The notes below the pieces were generated by a model. The model was not told where the DNA came from. It searched no databases and was given only the letters and a program-made list of their open reading frames with translations. Shown one piece after another: positions 36,421 through 46,201 of a stretch of 64,000 bases of DNA. The DNA is taken from assembly GCA_014727915.1 (NCBI GenBank), contig WJMO01000006.1, forward strand, positions 224,001-288,000. Direction: 5' to 3'. How positions within the stretch are numbered: the first letter of the stretch is position 1; the number at the start of each line of letters is the position of its first letter. Both the position numbers and the translations under genes were made by a program. The stretch comes from Candidatus Altiarchaeales archaeon. GTDB lineage: Archaea; Altiarchaeota; Altiarchaeia; IMC4; SCGC-AAA252-I15.

Positions 36421-38178
36421 TCAGGGTATGGGTGAGACGTCGCTGACGAACCCCGTTCCAACCTGCCCCTGGGAGAACAGGAAGTCGAACATCAATGGCA
36501 TTATGACCGCCGTCAAAGCCACCAGCCAGGACATTATGACGAAATCGAGGAAAGCCGCGTACTTGGTGCCGCCGTCCACCATCTTTATGGAGTACGCCGA
36601 GAAAGCCGCATGTATGACCAATACCACGAACAGCATGTCCTCCACCAGGGGTATGTTTATCTCGCCTATGGAGGGCAGCAAGCCCATCATGAGGCTTCCC
36701 ATGGACGGGGTCTGGGCTATCGACGCGAAGGACTGCTTGAATGTGTTGTCCAGTATGCCCACCATCCTGAGGGTAGCATATGCGGCGCCAGTAACGCCGA
36801 GTATCGTTCCATAGTAGACTCCCTTGACGCTGGATGCCAGCTGAAGCCGCAACTCCCTGAGAGACAGTAGTTTGATGAAGTTGTCGCTGATTATCTGGCT
36901 CGCCTCCTCCGGGTCGCCGCCGAGGTTTATCACCTGTATGAATATGCTCCCGAACTTCTCTATCATGTTGCTGCCCGTCTCCCCAGCGAAGTACATCCAG
37001 GACTGGAACTTGTCGCACCTCACCCTCAAACGAGCGTAGAGGCTCTCCACAGGGTCGTTCAAGACGCCGAACTCGTGGATCCTCAGGGGTCCGAGCGTGC
37101 CTACGAGGCTGCCGCCCCGCGCAGAGAGGGAACCACCAAGAGACCTTATGAACGCGGGGAAGGCCTGGTCTTTCTTGATGACGGCAGATTCCAGCCTGGA
37201 GCCCAACACGCCGATCCCGGCCAGCGGAGAGAGGGACAGTGCTATGAGCAACGGTGTCGGGGCGCCGAACGGGCGGAACCACAGAAGGGGGATCGCAAGG
37301 ACTATGCATAGTATGAATATGGGTATCATCACTGCCCTTATACGCCTGTACTCCGGCGCCTTGATGGGCAGATGGTGGCATATTAGGTCATGTGTTATGA
37401 AGCTGTCTATGAACACCAGAGAAAGTATGTCTATGAAGAACAATGCGACGCCGCTCAACGCTACCAGGACGTATATGCTGTAGCCCATTATCAGCGGCAG
37501 CATGAAGGATATGGCCATCATGAAGGACACCGCGATGGTCAGGGAGACGAGAGCGTCCTGTATGAGGCTCAGGGTCTGGAGGCTCTGCTTGTACTCGGTG
37601 GAGTAGTCTTCCATGACCGCGGACTGCTCCTGCTTGAGGAACAGGTCGACACGCTCCCCGAAGTCGAATGCGGCGCTCATCCTGTCCAGGAAGTTGCCCA
37701 GTATCTTCGAGGGTACGAGGGTGGAAAGCTTACGGCAGGTCCTTACCAAACCAAGGTTCCAGTAGTCTGCTAGGTAGGCGACCTTCTCCATGACCTTCGC
37801 TATCTCCCCGTACTCCACCCTCTGAGAGGAGAGCCTGAACAGCTGGCGGCGCTTAACGTGGAGGGTTGAAAGAGATCCGGTGTATGTGATGAAATAGTGT
37901 ATGTTCTCGTGTATGTTGACCTTGATTCGTTCGATGACATAGTAGGGGTAGATGAACACGGACGCGAAGCCAAGAAGCAGGATGCCAAAGGGCAGCAGGA
38001 AGAGCAAGGGGGTCAATCCCCCGAGGTCGAACATGCCTCCGTAGAAGTTAACCAGGATGAGCGTCGAGAAGAAGAGCAGCAGGGTTATGGCGAGGACCGG
38101 GGCCACCAGCTTCATGAAGAAGTCGTCTAGTGTGTTGTATCCTGCCAGCCGGGTCGCCTCTTCGAAGTCCAAATCCAT
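36421..38178 (-). CDS. arlJ: Archaellum assembly platform protein ArlJ (FlaJ)
   Basis: Two T2SS-F-like cytoplasmic domains, EYG..A, FPAFIRSLG, HEFG.L and DGG; directly downstream of arlI. Confidence 0.9.
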   Translation of the reverse strand: MDLDFEEATRLAGYNTLDDFFMKLVAPVLAITLLLFFSTLILVNFYGGMFDLGGLTPLLFLLPFGILLLGFASVFIYPYYVIERIKVNIHENIHYFITYTGSLSTLHVKRRQLFRLSSQRVEYGEIAKVMEKVAYLADYWNLGLVRTCRKLSTLVPSKILGNFLDRMSAAFDFGERVDLFLKQEQSAVMEDYSTEYKQSLQTLSLIQDALVSLTIAVSFMMAISFMLPLIMGYSIYVLVALSGVALFFIDILSLVFIDSFITHDLICHHLPIKAPEYRRIRAVMIPIFILCIVLAIPLLWFRPFGAPTPLLIALSLSPLAGIGVLGSRLESAVIKKDQAFPAFIRSLGGSLSARGGSLVGTLGPLRIHEFGVLNDPVESLYARLRVRCDKFQSWMYFAGETGSNMIEKFGSIFIQVINLGGDPEEASQIISDNFIKLLSLRELRLQLASSVKGVYYGTILGVTGAAYATLRMVGILDNTFKQSFASIAQTPSMGSLMMGLLPSIGEINIPLVEDMLFVVLVIHAAFSAYSIKMVDGGTKYAAFLDFVIMSWLVALTAVIMPLMFDFLFSQGQVGTGFVSDVSPIP

Positions 38179-38179
38179 T

Positions 38180-39832
38180 TTAAACCGGGAAGGGGAGGCC
38201 CTCCTTGCCCTTGTAGTAGTAGGACTTGATGATCTCCCACACGTCGAAGTAGTTGAATATTCCCTCGCTTATCATCTTGTTCAGTATGGCCGCGCGGAAC
38301 TCTAGCTCGTCGTAGATTCCGCGGACGTCCTTGTATCCGAGTAATCTGGCGATCTTTTCCTCCAGGATGTAGCTGTTGTGGTATCCGAGGAAGCCGAACT
38401 CGTCGGTTGCCGGAACCCACTCGAAGACCGTTGCCGTGCCCACCTTGCCGAGCTCGTCATAGAATTTGATCAGCTCCGTCACCGAGAGGACACGACGGAC
38501 GAACTTCCCGTGCAAGTAGACTGCCTGCTGGATCAACACCACATTGAGGTTGTCGATTGCGGATATGGGGACGTTTATGGGGTGGCCGGTCATACGCTGT
38601 ATCATCTTGTGGGGGTCTCCGGCGTGGAAGGTGCTCATCACCGGGTGGCCGGTCTGCATGGCCTGGAATGCGATGTTACCCTCCTTCTCACGGATCTCGC
38701 CGACGATGATGTAGTTGGGTCGGGACCGAAGGGCCGCCACGAGCAGGCGCATCATGTCCACATCCGTCTCCTTACCCGACTCCCTCGTTACGAGGTGCTG
38801 CCACGCAGGATGGGGCATCGTGACCTCCGGGGTGTTCTCAACGCTGTAGACCTTCGCGTCAGGTTTTATGAAAGCGCTCAACGCGTTCAATGTGGTTGTC
38901 TTACCCGACGCGGTCTCCCCGCAGATGAATATGCTCATCCCGTTCTCCAGGCACAGCCACATGTAGGCCGCCAGCTCCGCTGGGAACGTGTGCCAGTTTA
39001 CGAGCTGTGTGACGCTGATGGGGACCTTGCTGAACTTCCGGATGGTGAAGCTGCTGCCCTCGAGGCTGACCTCCCGGCCGTAGATGAAGTTCACCCTGCT
39101 GCCGTCGGGCATGATGGCGTCCACGACAGGGTAGGCTTCGCTCACCGGCCGCTCCACCCGCTCGCTGGAGTCGAACACGTACTTGTCCAGCTGGAGATCA
39201 GTGTTGAATATGATGTTCGTAGCCACCATCTCGAATATCTTGTGGATGGTGTACACCCTCGCGACGCCGATGCAGTGTATGTCCTCGATGTAGGGGTCAC
39301 GGAGCAGAGGCTCGAGTATGCCGTAACCAACCCGCTCACGTATGAGGAAGTACTTTATCTTGTCATATTCGGCCTGGGTGAGGTTTATCCTGGATCCGCC
39401 GCCCATCTGGGACTTGAGGTTCTCGAAGAATCCCTTCTTCTCATCGGCCGCCACGGGCTTGCCCCCGACGGTCACAAGCTGGTTCATGAGGTTCACGAGT
39501 ATGTCGCTAAGGTCCTCTGTTGTGTCGCTGGTGTCCATGCTGTGGGCGATCTTGATCAGCTGGTCGGATATCTTGTTGAACATCTCCGTCTCCCGGGGCG
39601 TGAGCTGCGGCTCGACGGCGATGTACTGGGTCTCGTTCTCCCCCGGCCTCCGGAGTATGTGTATGAATATAGGATCGCCGACGGGGTACATTACGTTGGG
39701 AAAATCGAGGCCTTTGAGGCTCCTGTCCAACTGGACGTAGAAGTCGGGCTTCTCAAGGCCCTTGGTCTGCAAGTACTCTTTCAGGTGGGGGTTCCTGTTC
39801 TGCGCGTCGATGAACTCCTTCTCATCAGTCAT
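38180..39832 (-). CDS. arlI: Archaellum motor ATPase ArlI (FlaI)
   Basis: NPHL..Y, YPVGDPIFIHI, DPYIEDI, GETASGKTT, RSRPNYIIVGEIR, QTGHPV and NSYILEEKIA. Confidence 0.93.
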   Translation of the reverse strand: MTDEKEFIDAQNRNPHLKEYLQTKGLEKPDFYVQLDRSLKGLDFPNVMYPVGDPIFIHILRRPGENETQYIAVEPQLTPRETEMFNKISDQLIKIAHSMDTSDTTEDLSDILVNLMNQLVTVGGKPVAADEKKGFFENLKSQMGGGSRINLTQAEYDKIKYFLIRERVGYGILEPLLRDPYIEDIHCIGVARVYTIHKIFEMVATNIIFNTDLQLDKYVFDSSERVERPVSEAYPVVDAIMPDGSRVNFIYGREVSLEGSSFTIRKFSKVPISVTQLVNWHTFPAELAAYMWLCLENGMSIFICGETASGKTTTLNALSAFIKPDAKVYSVENTPEVTMPHPAWQHLVTRESGKETDVDMMRLLVAALRSRPNYIIVGEIREKEGNIAFQAMQTGHPVMSTFHAGDPHKMIQRMTGHPINVPISAIDNLNVVLIQQAVYLHGKFVRRVLSVTELIKFYDELGKVGTATVFEWVPATDEFGFLGYHNSYILEEKIARLLGYKDVRGIYDELEFRAAILNKMISEGIFNYFDVWEIIKSYYYKGKEGLPFPV

Positions 39833-39836
39833 TTTG

Positions 39837-40568
39837 CTATGCCAGACCTCCGATGTCGATGATCATTCCCTGCCCCGGCTCGACACGGAAGGCGATCTGC
39901 GGGACTACCTGTATCTTGCTCCTCTTGAAGCGGTTGACTTCCATGTACTTCTTCGTCTCCCCGCCAAGCTGCTTTGTGCCGAACATCAGGTAGATGTCGG
40001 ACACTGAACGCAGCAGGGTCAGCAGGCTCTTGTTCAGCTGCTCGGGGTCGACGGTGAATATGACTATCTTGCCCTTGTTCGCAATCTTCTTGAAGAACTT
40101 TATAACGTCAAAGGCCTTCTCCTGGCTTATGTTCCCCTGGACCAGGAGGAACGAAAGCGTGTCGATGATGATTATCTTGCGCTCGTAGAGCTCCTTCTGC
40201 GCCAGCAACCTGTCCAGGAAGTCGGAGCGGAGCTTGCCGCCGCCGATGAACGGGAACATTGGTATGAACAGGAGCGTCTGGTTGATGACCCACTCGTCGA
40301 CCACGTACTGGAGGGATTCCATCTGCTCCAGGAAGTCCTTGGTGGAGAGCTCGGTGCTTATGTAGGTGGCGGAGGCGCCGTTGACGAGGAAGGCGTAGAG
40401 GAGTCTCTGCACGAGAAGGCTCTTGCCCATGCCGTCCTTGCCCTCGATGAGGACCATGGAACTGTAGGGCATGGCACCACCAAGTTTGGTGTGGAGCATG
40501 TCCCTTTTGATCCTTATGCTGATGTAGTCCTCGTCCTTCTCCTCCCCTTCACTGGGTTCCTCGGCCAT
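39837..40568 (-). CDS. arlH: Archaellum ATPase-fold protein ArlH (FlaH)
   Basis: RDMLHTKLGG, EGKDGMGKS, YISTEL, IIIDTLS and FRVEPG; probable start MAEEP at 40568. Confidence 0.92.
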   Translation of the reverse strand: MAEEPSEGEEKDEDYISIRIKRDMLHTKLGGAMPYSSMVLIEGKDGMGKSLLVQRLLYAFLVNGASATYISTELSTKDFLEQMESLQYVVDEWVINQTLLFIPMFPFIGGGKLRSDFLDRLLAQKELYERKIIIIDTLSFLLVQGNISQEKAFDVIKFFKKIANKGKIVIFTVDPEQLNKSLLTLLRSVSDIYLMFGTKQLGGETKKYMEVNRFKRSKIQVVPQIAFRVEPGQGMIIDIGGLA

Positions 40569-40593
40569 CTCCAATACCACTATTTGAAAGTTA

Positions 40594-40962
40594 TCATATA
40601 ATATCCCCTTCAGCCCCCTCCAAAGACCCTTTATCACCCTCAGAATCTTCTTTTTCAGGGCTTTTTTGGGGTTTTTTGACCGCCAGGACCATCTCGGACA
40701 TCTTTATTATCATCTCCAGGTTCTCCTCGATTGTGGATAGCCGGTCCTGGTTCTCACGCGTAAGATCCAAGGTCTTGGACATTGTAGTGTCCAGGTCGTC
40801 GGTTTTGGACTCTAACGTGTTTATTTTGTCGTTTATCTGGCGGTTAGCCTCCTTGAACTCCCTTATCTGCTCGGCGGTTATCTCTAACCTCACGGTCTGA
40901 ACGGACTTGTTGCCCCTGAAATACCCCCCTAACCTGTTGAAAAAGGACCGTATCATGTCCAA
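40594..40962 (-). CDS. Coiled-coil protein resembling ArlC (FlaC)
   Basis: INTLESK...ENQDRLSTIEENLEMIIKMSEMV resembles the FlaC EN...IEEN...L..YEMV pattern; directly upstream of arlH. Confidence 0.55.
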   Translation of the reverse strand: MDMIRSFFNRLGGYFRGNKSVQTVRLEITAEQIREFKEANRQINDKINTLESKTDDLDTTMSKTLDLTRENQDRLSTIEENLEMIIKMSEMVLAVKKPQKSPEKEDSEGDKGSLEGAEGDII

Positions 40963-40998
40963 TGGACACCAAAATAGAATTGGATTCTGCGTATAAAA

Positions 40999-41724
40999 TT
41001 AGGTTGTGCCGCCGCAGATCAGAGAGTAACCGCGTTCAAGCTGTGATTTGCAGTCCTCCTGTTTGATGCTGCTCCTGAACAGCATGCACTTGGAATCGTT
41101 CTTCAACGTGAAGGCAACGCATAATATGCACTTGTCCCTTATGCCCATTAAGGCTATCTCGTTGTCGGGTATCATGAGGCAGTAGTCTGAGTTGTTAACT
41201 GCTATGCCGATGGAACCATAGCACTGGTATTTCTTCTGCAATGTGCTGAGCTGGTCACAGTATGTCAGGTTGTTCTGCCCCAACGCGAGGGTCTGGAAGC
41301 ATATGTCACGGGCGTCCACGTCCTTCTTCTGCCCGCAGAACTCCGTCCGGTTGAAGGACATCGCATACCTGGCAGCCAGGAACACCAAGCCGACGAGGAG
41401 CAGGACCATGAACCTGACGAACCATTTCATGAAGTTGCTGCGCTCGAATATGTGGATCCTGTCCTTGTTCTCCTGCACCGACCTGTGATAGCCTGGGACG
41501 TGTGTGACCTCCTTGACCAGCAGATCCTTCGCCCTCTCCAAGCCCACATGGTCTATGAAAACGTTCTTTATTATGTTGTTGAGGACTATCTTCTCCTGGT
41601 GCTTGTTAAGCTTGTCCTCTTCGATGCCCATCTTCTTGACCTCGCGGTTGACCCGCTCGACACCGTCAAGCCCTCCGTAGAGCATGTAAGCCTTCTTGCG
41701 GAGGTCCTCTATCTTAGGTTTCAT
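40999..41724 (-). CDS. Single-pass membrane protein: N-terminal helical domain plus C-terminal Cys-repeat domain
   Basis: TM helix WFVRFMVLLLVGLVFLAA; C-terminal repeats RDICFQTLA...YC, YQCYGSIG...YC, RDKCILCVA...KC. Confidence 0.75.
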   Translation of the reverse strand: MKPKIEDLRKKAYMLYGGLDGVERVNREVKKMGIEEDKLNKHQEKIVLNNIIKNVFIDHVGLERAKDLLVKEVTHVPGYHRSVQENKDRIHIFERSNFMKWFVRFMVLLLVGLVFLAARYAMSFNRTEFCGQKKDVDARDICFQTLALGQNNLTYCDQLSTLQKKYQCYGSIGIAVNNSDYCLMIPDNEIALMGIRDKCILCVAFTLKNDSKCMLFRSSIKQEDCKSQLERGYSLICGGTT

Positions 41725-41784
41725 ACCAGTAGAGATATGCGAAATGTGGTTTATATTTCCCGGGCCTTAATCACTATTTGGAAA

Positions 41785-42222
41785 ATGAGGAGGGGGCAGG
41801 CAGCCGTGGAATGGGTAGTCATACTTTCCGTTGCGATACTGATACTTGCGGTCATGCTGTCCTTCAACGAGGAGAACTACCTTTTCTTCAGGAACAACAT
41901 GAAGGTTAGCAAGGCTAAGGCCGCTTTGAACGAGCTGAAGAACTCCGCGGATTTCGTTTACAGCCAGGGAAGCGGCGCCAAAACCAGGGTTTACGTCACC
42001 ATCCCCGTGGAGACCAACATCACCATAGAAACCCTTTCAACCGGGACAGGTCAGATACAGGCCGAGGTCCTAGTGAACGGGGAGAGGGAGTACTTTGACG
42101 TCTACACCGAGGCTAACCTGAGCGGTAGCCTGCCCGAGAAGGGCGGAAGCTACTGCGTGGACATCGAATGCCTCGGCGAGGTGGTCAGCATAACGAGGAG
42201 CAGCGGATCATGCTCAACATAG
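41785..42222 (+). CDS. Type IV pilin-like protein with class III signal peptide
   Basis: MRRG/QAAVEWVVIL; ADFVYSQGSGAK. Confidence 0.88.
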   Translation: MRRGQAAVEWVVILSVAILILAVMLSFNEENYLFFRNNMKVSKAKAALNELKNSADFVYSQGSGAKTRVYVTIPVETNITIETLSTGTGQIQAEVLVNGEREYFDVYTEANLSGSLPEKGGSYCVDIECLGEVVSITRSSGSCST

Positions 42223-42225
42223 CTT

Positions 42226-42651
42226 ATGAACTTGAAGATGAGAGTTAGGGGGCAGGTGACTGTAGAGTACGTTGTGGTTTTCGCCATCCTGATGCTGGTT
42301 TTCGTGGTGGCCTTCCACTCCGTGAGCGTGGAGCGGAAGCACGCCTCCCAGATGCTGTGGAGCGTGGACGCCCGGGAGAACACCTGGGACCTGGCGGAAT
42401 CCATAAACGCGGCCGTCATAGGAGGTCCTGGGACCAACATGACCATAACAATGCCTGGGAAGCTAGTGGGGGGAGTGAACTACACCATAACGGTCTACCC
42501 GCGCATGGTCGCGTTGGACATACCCTCCTATAACAGGGAGTTCACGTGGAGGATACTCACCAGCAACATAAACGGGTCTGACGCTGCGCTGACCCTCCAT
42601 AAAGGGGAGGTCACAATAATGAACAAAGACGACGTCATATACTTGAGCTAA
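42226..42651 (+). CDS. Type IV pilin-like protein with class III signal peptide
   Basis: RG/QVTVEYVVVF; LAESINA...GGPG. Confidence 0.88.
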   Translation: MNLKMRVRGQVTVEYVVVFAILMLVFVVAFHSVSVERKHASQMLWSVDARENTWDLAESINAAVIGGPGTNMTITMPGKLVGGVNYTITVYPRMVALDIPSYNREFTWRILTSNINGSDAALTLHKGEVTIMNKDDVIYLS

Positions 42652-42652
42652 G

Positions 42653-43162
42653 ATGAAGAGGGGAGCGGCTTTCACGTTGGACATGATAATAGCGGTGTTC
42701 CTGTTCGTGGTCATACTCTTGGGCATCCTCTGGCTGTGGAGCGAGACATACAGGCAGGTCTACTACAGCGGGGACGAGAACGCCAGGTTCCGAAAGTCGG
42801 TTGACGTCTCCGACATACTCGTGAAGTCGGGTGGCACACCCGCCAACTGGTACCTGAACGAGGAGGTGACGACAGCCAACACGCATTCCATCGGACTGGC
42901 GGAGGAGGAGAACGTGCTGGACCGCGTCAGGATCGACAAGTTCAACGCATCGAACACAACAATACTGAGGACAATACTGGGACTGACGAGGGAGACGTTC
43001 GAGGTGACCATAACAGCCAACTGGACCACCACGCCGAACCTCCTGTACAATGTGAGCGACTTCAACAGCTCCTCCACCAAGGTGCACGTGGTGGAGAGGA
43101 TAGCATTGCTGGACGGGGAGAGGGTCAGGTTGAAGGTCAAGGTGGGGTACGCGAGAAGATGA
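42653..43162 (+). CDS. Minor pilin-like protein
   Basis: MKRG/AAFTLD plus hydrophobic helix; SDIL..S.G.PANW and IGLA. Confidence 0.82.
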   Translation: MKRGAAFTLDMIIAVFLFVVILLGILWLWSETYRQVYYSGDENARFRKSVDVSDILVKSGGTPANWYLNEEVTTANTHSIGLAEEENVLDRVRIDKFNASNTTILRTILGLTRETFEVTITANWTTTPNLLYNVSDFNSSSTKVHVVERIALLDGERVRLKVKVGYARR

Positions 43163-43548
43163 GGAGAGGGTTTGTTGTTTCGCTGGATGTGATGGCAGCC
43201 ACCATAATAGCGGTGGTGATGATAGTGGCGACATTGACGCTGCTCACAGAGCCCAGCAAGTACCCGGACGAGTACCTCTACAGGTATTCGGTGGACTTCC
43301 TGACTGTGGCGACTAAGGAGGGAAGCTTCTCCGACGGCATCTCGGGCAACTGGACCCCCGCGGAGGACCTGTTCGACATGGCCTCCAGCAACGTATGCTT
43401 CAACGTCACGCTGAAAGACCAGGATGAGAGCCTGGTATACAATTACACGAGGCCTTGCAGGAGCCCTGACTATGCGGTTGTTGGGAAGTACGTGGTGACG
43501 GACGGGGGCAGGAACTATCTTTCTGAGATGAGGATGTGGTACAAGTGA
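43159..43548 (+). CDS. Minor pilin-like protein
   Basis: MRRG/FVVSLD plus hydrophobic helix. Confidence 0.8.
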   Translation: MRRGFVVSLDVMAATIIAVVMIVATLTLLTEPSKYPDEYLYRYSVDFLTVATKEGSFSDGISGNWTPAEDLFDMASSNVCFNVTLKDQDESLVYNYTRPCRSPDYAVVGKYVVTDGGRNYLSEMRMWYK

Positions 43549-44726
43549 GGGAGCGCGGATACCTTTTCACGGCTTTGACGTTCTTCATGCTAATATCAGT
43601 GTTCAGCCTGGCCTACTTCTACCATGGCATAAACGCGGACGGGCGGTACTTCGACGTGACGCCCATGAAGAACCGCGCCATAAACGACAACATCGGGGAG
43701 AACCTGGAGGAGACCCTCGGCCTGGACATATCAGTCAACAGAAGCGGCAACGTGACCGTGGAGTTCGAAGACTATATACCCTCATCGTATAATGTCACAT
43801 ACGCGGTCGTGAACTACAGCGACTACGTGAACACAAAATACAAGGCGTCGGTGAACTCCAACATAACATTGGACGTCACCCAGTTCAACCTCCTGTTCCC
43901 AATAGACCCCTACAGCTTCACATACGGGTGGGAGAACGACTTCAAGAGGGGGATACTAGCCTATAACACGTCATCCGACACTTCAACTTTCATAGGGTAC
44001 GACATAGTCGCAACGTTCGCCGACGACCGCATATACGATGTGATGTGGTTGGAGGGGGAGAACCTCACCGGCGGAGGGGACAACACAGCGAGCGGGAGCG
44101 CATCAGGCGGATACTACAAGAGCGGGATAGCAGAGCCGGACGTGTTGACGAGGACCGTGACCTCGCCACTGACAACCAATTACACGTTGTGGGTGAGGAG
44201 CCTGGACAACCAGTCCACCGACCACCAGTTCATAGTCGGCGTCGGCGGGGTGAACTCGTCCTCCAACTTCGGGGAGCACACCGCGGGCGGGTGGGCGTAC
44301 GGGTGGGAGATGGGAGACAACTTCACCGTGACAGCCGGGCCGTTGGACGTTAAGGTCTATGGGCTGGCTAGCAACACGGCGGCGGTGGACGTCATCATGC
44401 TCGCCTCCGACCCTGACGTTGACCCAAACGACTACGGCGGCTTCGGGAGGCCGCCTGACACTCTGGAGGCCGGGGCGGACACTGGAGACCTGGACTTCAC
44501 GTTCCACATTGAATTCGACAACCTCAAATACTCCTACGCAGGGGACCTGAACAAATCGGGGGAGAGCACGTTCAACTTCACCTTCAAAGACAACGACAGC
44601 GTCAGGTTCACCATAGGAAAGTACGTGCACGATGGTTTGAGGACCGAGTCTTACAGGGCGAGGTTGAACAACAGCAGGAGCGGCAGCAGGGGAACGGTCA
44701 AGACGATGATGAGGTTCGAAACATAG
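43536..44726 (+). CDS. Large pilin-like/adhesin protein with an internal beta-sandwich (CBM-like) domain
   Basis: RG/YLFT plus hydrophobic helix; many N-x-S/T sequons; WLEGEN...YTLWVR...WAYGWE...VDVIML. Confidence 0.7.
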   Translation: MVQVRERGYLFTALTFFMLISVFSLAYFYHGINADGRYFDVTPMKNRAINDNIGENLEETLGLDISVNRSGNVTVEFEDYIPSSYNVTYAVVNYSDYVNTKYKASVNSNITLDVTQFNLLFPIDPYSFTYGWENDFKRGILAYNTSSDTSTFIGYDIVATFADDRIYDVMWLEGENLTGGGDNTASGSASGGYYKSGIAEPDVLTRTVTSPLTTNYTLWVRSLDNQSTDHQFIVGVGGVNSSSNFGEHTAGGWAYGWEMGDNFTVTAGPLDVKVYGLASNTAAVDVIMLASDPDVDPNDYGGFGRPPDTLEAGADTGDLDFTFHIEFDNLKYSYAGDLNKSGESTFNFTFKDNDSVRFTIGKYVHDGLRTESYRARLNNSRSGSRGTVKTMMRFET

Positions 44727-44730
44727 AAGG

Positions 44731-45714
44731 ATGAAAGTCAAGGTTTTCGCATTGGTTGTGGTGTTGGCGTGGTTGGCAGCGTCCATCAGCCAGGAGCAGA
44801 CGGGGTCCTGCGTGCACCCCAAGAACTCCCCTGACAACCACATAACATGCAGTCTAGGATCGGGGGCGGGGACCGGCAACCTGCTGGTCACGGCCATATC
44901 AACCTCAGGAGACAGCGGACCATACAGCCCGCCCCCTGGATTCACGGTGGTAGACGACTACTCCGGGTCTAAGGTCTCCTGTGCCCTGGCCTACAAGGTA
45001 GCGGACGGGGGGGAGGACGAGTTCACCTGGAACTATGAGGGCAGCGAGATGTCGGTCGCGTGGGTGGGGGAATACAGCGGCATGAAGGGAGCCAACCCAT
45101 TGGACGAGCACAGCGAGAACGACAGCCGGGAGGGGACGGTCTCGTCCCTTGCCAGCGGGACCACCGGAGAAACGATAGTCGGGGACGAGCTCGCCATCGC
45201 AGCATTCGGCATAGGCAGCGGCAGCAAGGGAACAGGCAGGATATGGTCGGACAGCTTCACAGAAGATGAGTATGTAACGGGCGACAAGTCACCGGGCCTG
45301 GCGGTGGGGGAGAGGATACTTACAGACAGGGGACGGTTCCTGACGACGTTGACGTGGAGCCAGCCCGAAAGGGCCTGCGCTTCTATAGCGACTTTCAAAG
45401 CGGACGTTCCTGTCTGCGGGGAGTACGGGTGCGAGCCCGGCGAGGACTACATGAGCTGCCCTGTGGACTGCTGCGAACGGGACTGCACGGGAAGGCAGGA
45501 CAGCATATGCCGCATGGAGTGCATGGGATACAGCGGCTGCGGTCTGGTAAGCATCGAATGCGAGGGGAGCGTGTTCGGGCAGTGCGAGAGCCCGCTGAAG
45601 GAGTGCAGCGGGTGCAGGTGCAAGGTGGGAGAAGTAAGGGTGAACACCAACATACACCTTACCATAGGGGGAGCCTGGAGCAAGAGTGGCGTGGTATGGC
45701 TGGCACGCGGATGA
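44731..45714 (+). CDS. Secreted protein: beta-rich domain plus Cys-rich C-terminal region
   Basis: Sec-type signal peptide; CGEYGCEPGEDYMSCPVDC and many further Cys residues. Confidence 0.7.
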   Translation: MKVKVFALVVVLAWLAASISQEQTGSCVHPKNSPDNHITCSLGSGAGTGNLLVTAISTSGDSGPYSPPPGFTVVDDYSGSKVSCALAYKVADGGEDEFTWNYEGSEMSVAWVGEYSGMKGANPLDEHSENDSREGTVSSLASGTTGETIVGDELAIAAFGIGSGSKGTGRIWSDSFTEDEYVTGDKSPGLAVGERILTDRGRFLTTLTWSQPERACASIATFKADVPVCGEYGCEPGEDYMSCPVDCCERDCTGRQDSICRMECMGYSGCGLVSIECEGSVFGQCESPLKECSGCRCKVGEVRVNTNIHLTIGGAWSKSGVVWLARG

Positions 45715-45777
45715 AACCCCCAAACTGTCTTGAAGGATGTTCAAATAATTTAAAATAAATCGTTCGTATATTGTTCT

Positions 45778-46155
45778 ATGACTACTGTGTCCAAGGAGAG
45801 GGTTGTGAGCCTCCAACTGAGGGACAGGAGCCTCATCGACACCGCAGAGATAAGGATAGACCAGGACCGGAACGTGAGACTGGACATAACAGGCACGGAA
45901 GGTCTGGAGCCTCAGATTATGCGTTTCGGGGACAACGCCAATTCTAGGGAGATCTGGTCGGCGCTCCCGGAGCCCGCGCGCGACGAGCTGGGAAGGGCCA
46001 TAGCCAAGGCGGAGCAAAGCTACAGGGGAGGGGTGCCAGGCCTTGAACTCGAACAATACGGCACAAAAGCAGTGGGTCGTTGGATTTCTGGCGGCGGGAA
46101 CTCCCAGATAGGATTGAGCGTTATGACCGACTCGAAGATGGTCGAGAGCGAATAA
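45778..46155 (+). CDS. Hypothetical protein
   Basis: 125 aa ORF preceded by an AT-rich promoter-like stretch. Confidence 0.55.
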   Translation: MTTVSKERVVSLQLRDRSLIDTAEIRIDQDRNVRLDITGTEGLEPQIMRFGDNANSREIWSALPEPARDELGRAIAKAEQSYRGGVPGLELEQYGTKAVGRWISGGGNSQIGLSVMTDSKMVESE

Positions 46156-46201
46156 CGTTCACAGATGATTTTATAACTCCCTAGTTCAATGCATATATGG
46201 G

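Noticed and set aside
38378-39862. 494-aa plus-strand ORF
   Set aside because: Antisense shadow of arlI, expected from GC-rich third codon positions.
41785-44726. Pilin-like genes as archaellins
   Set aside because: Their N-termini (RG/QxxxE, RG/xxxxLD) are pilin-type and lack the archaellin pattern G-x-x-G-I-x-x-L-I-[VI]-F-I-A.
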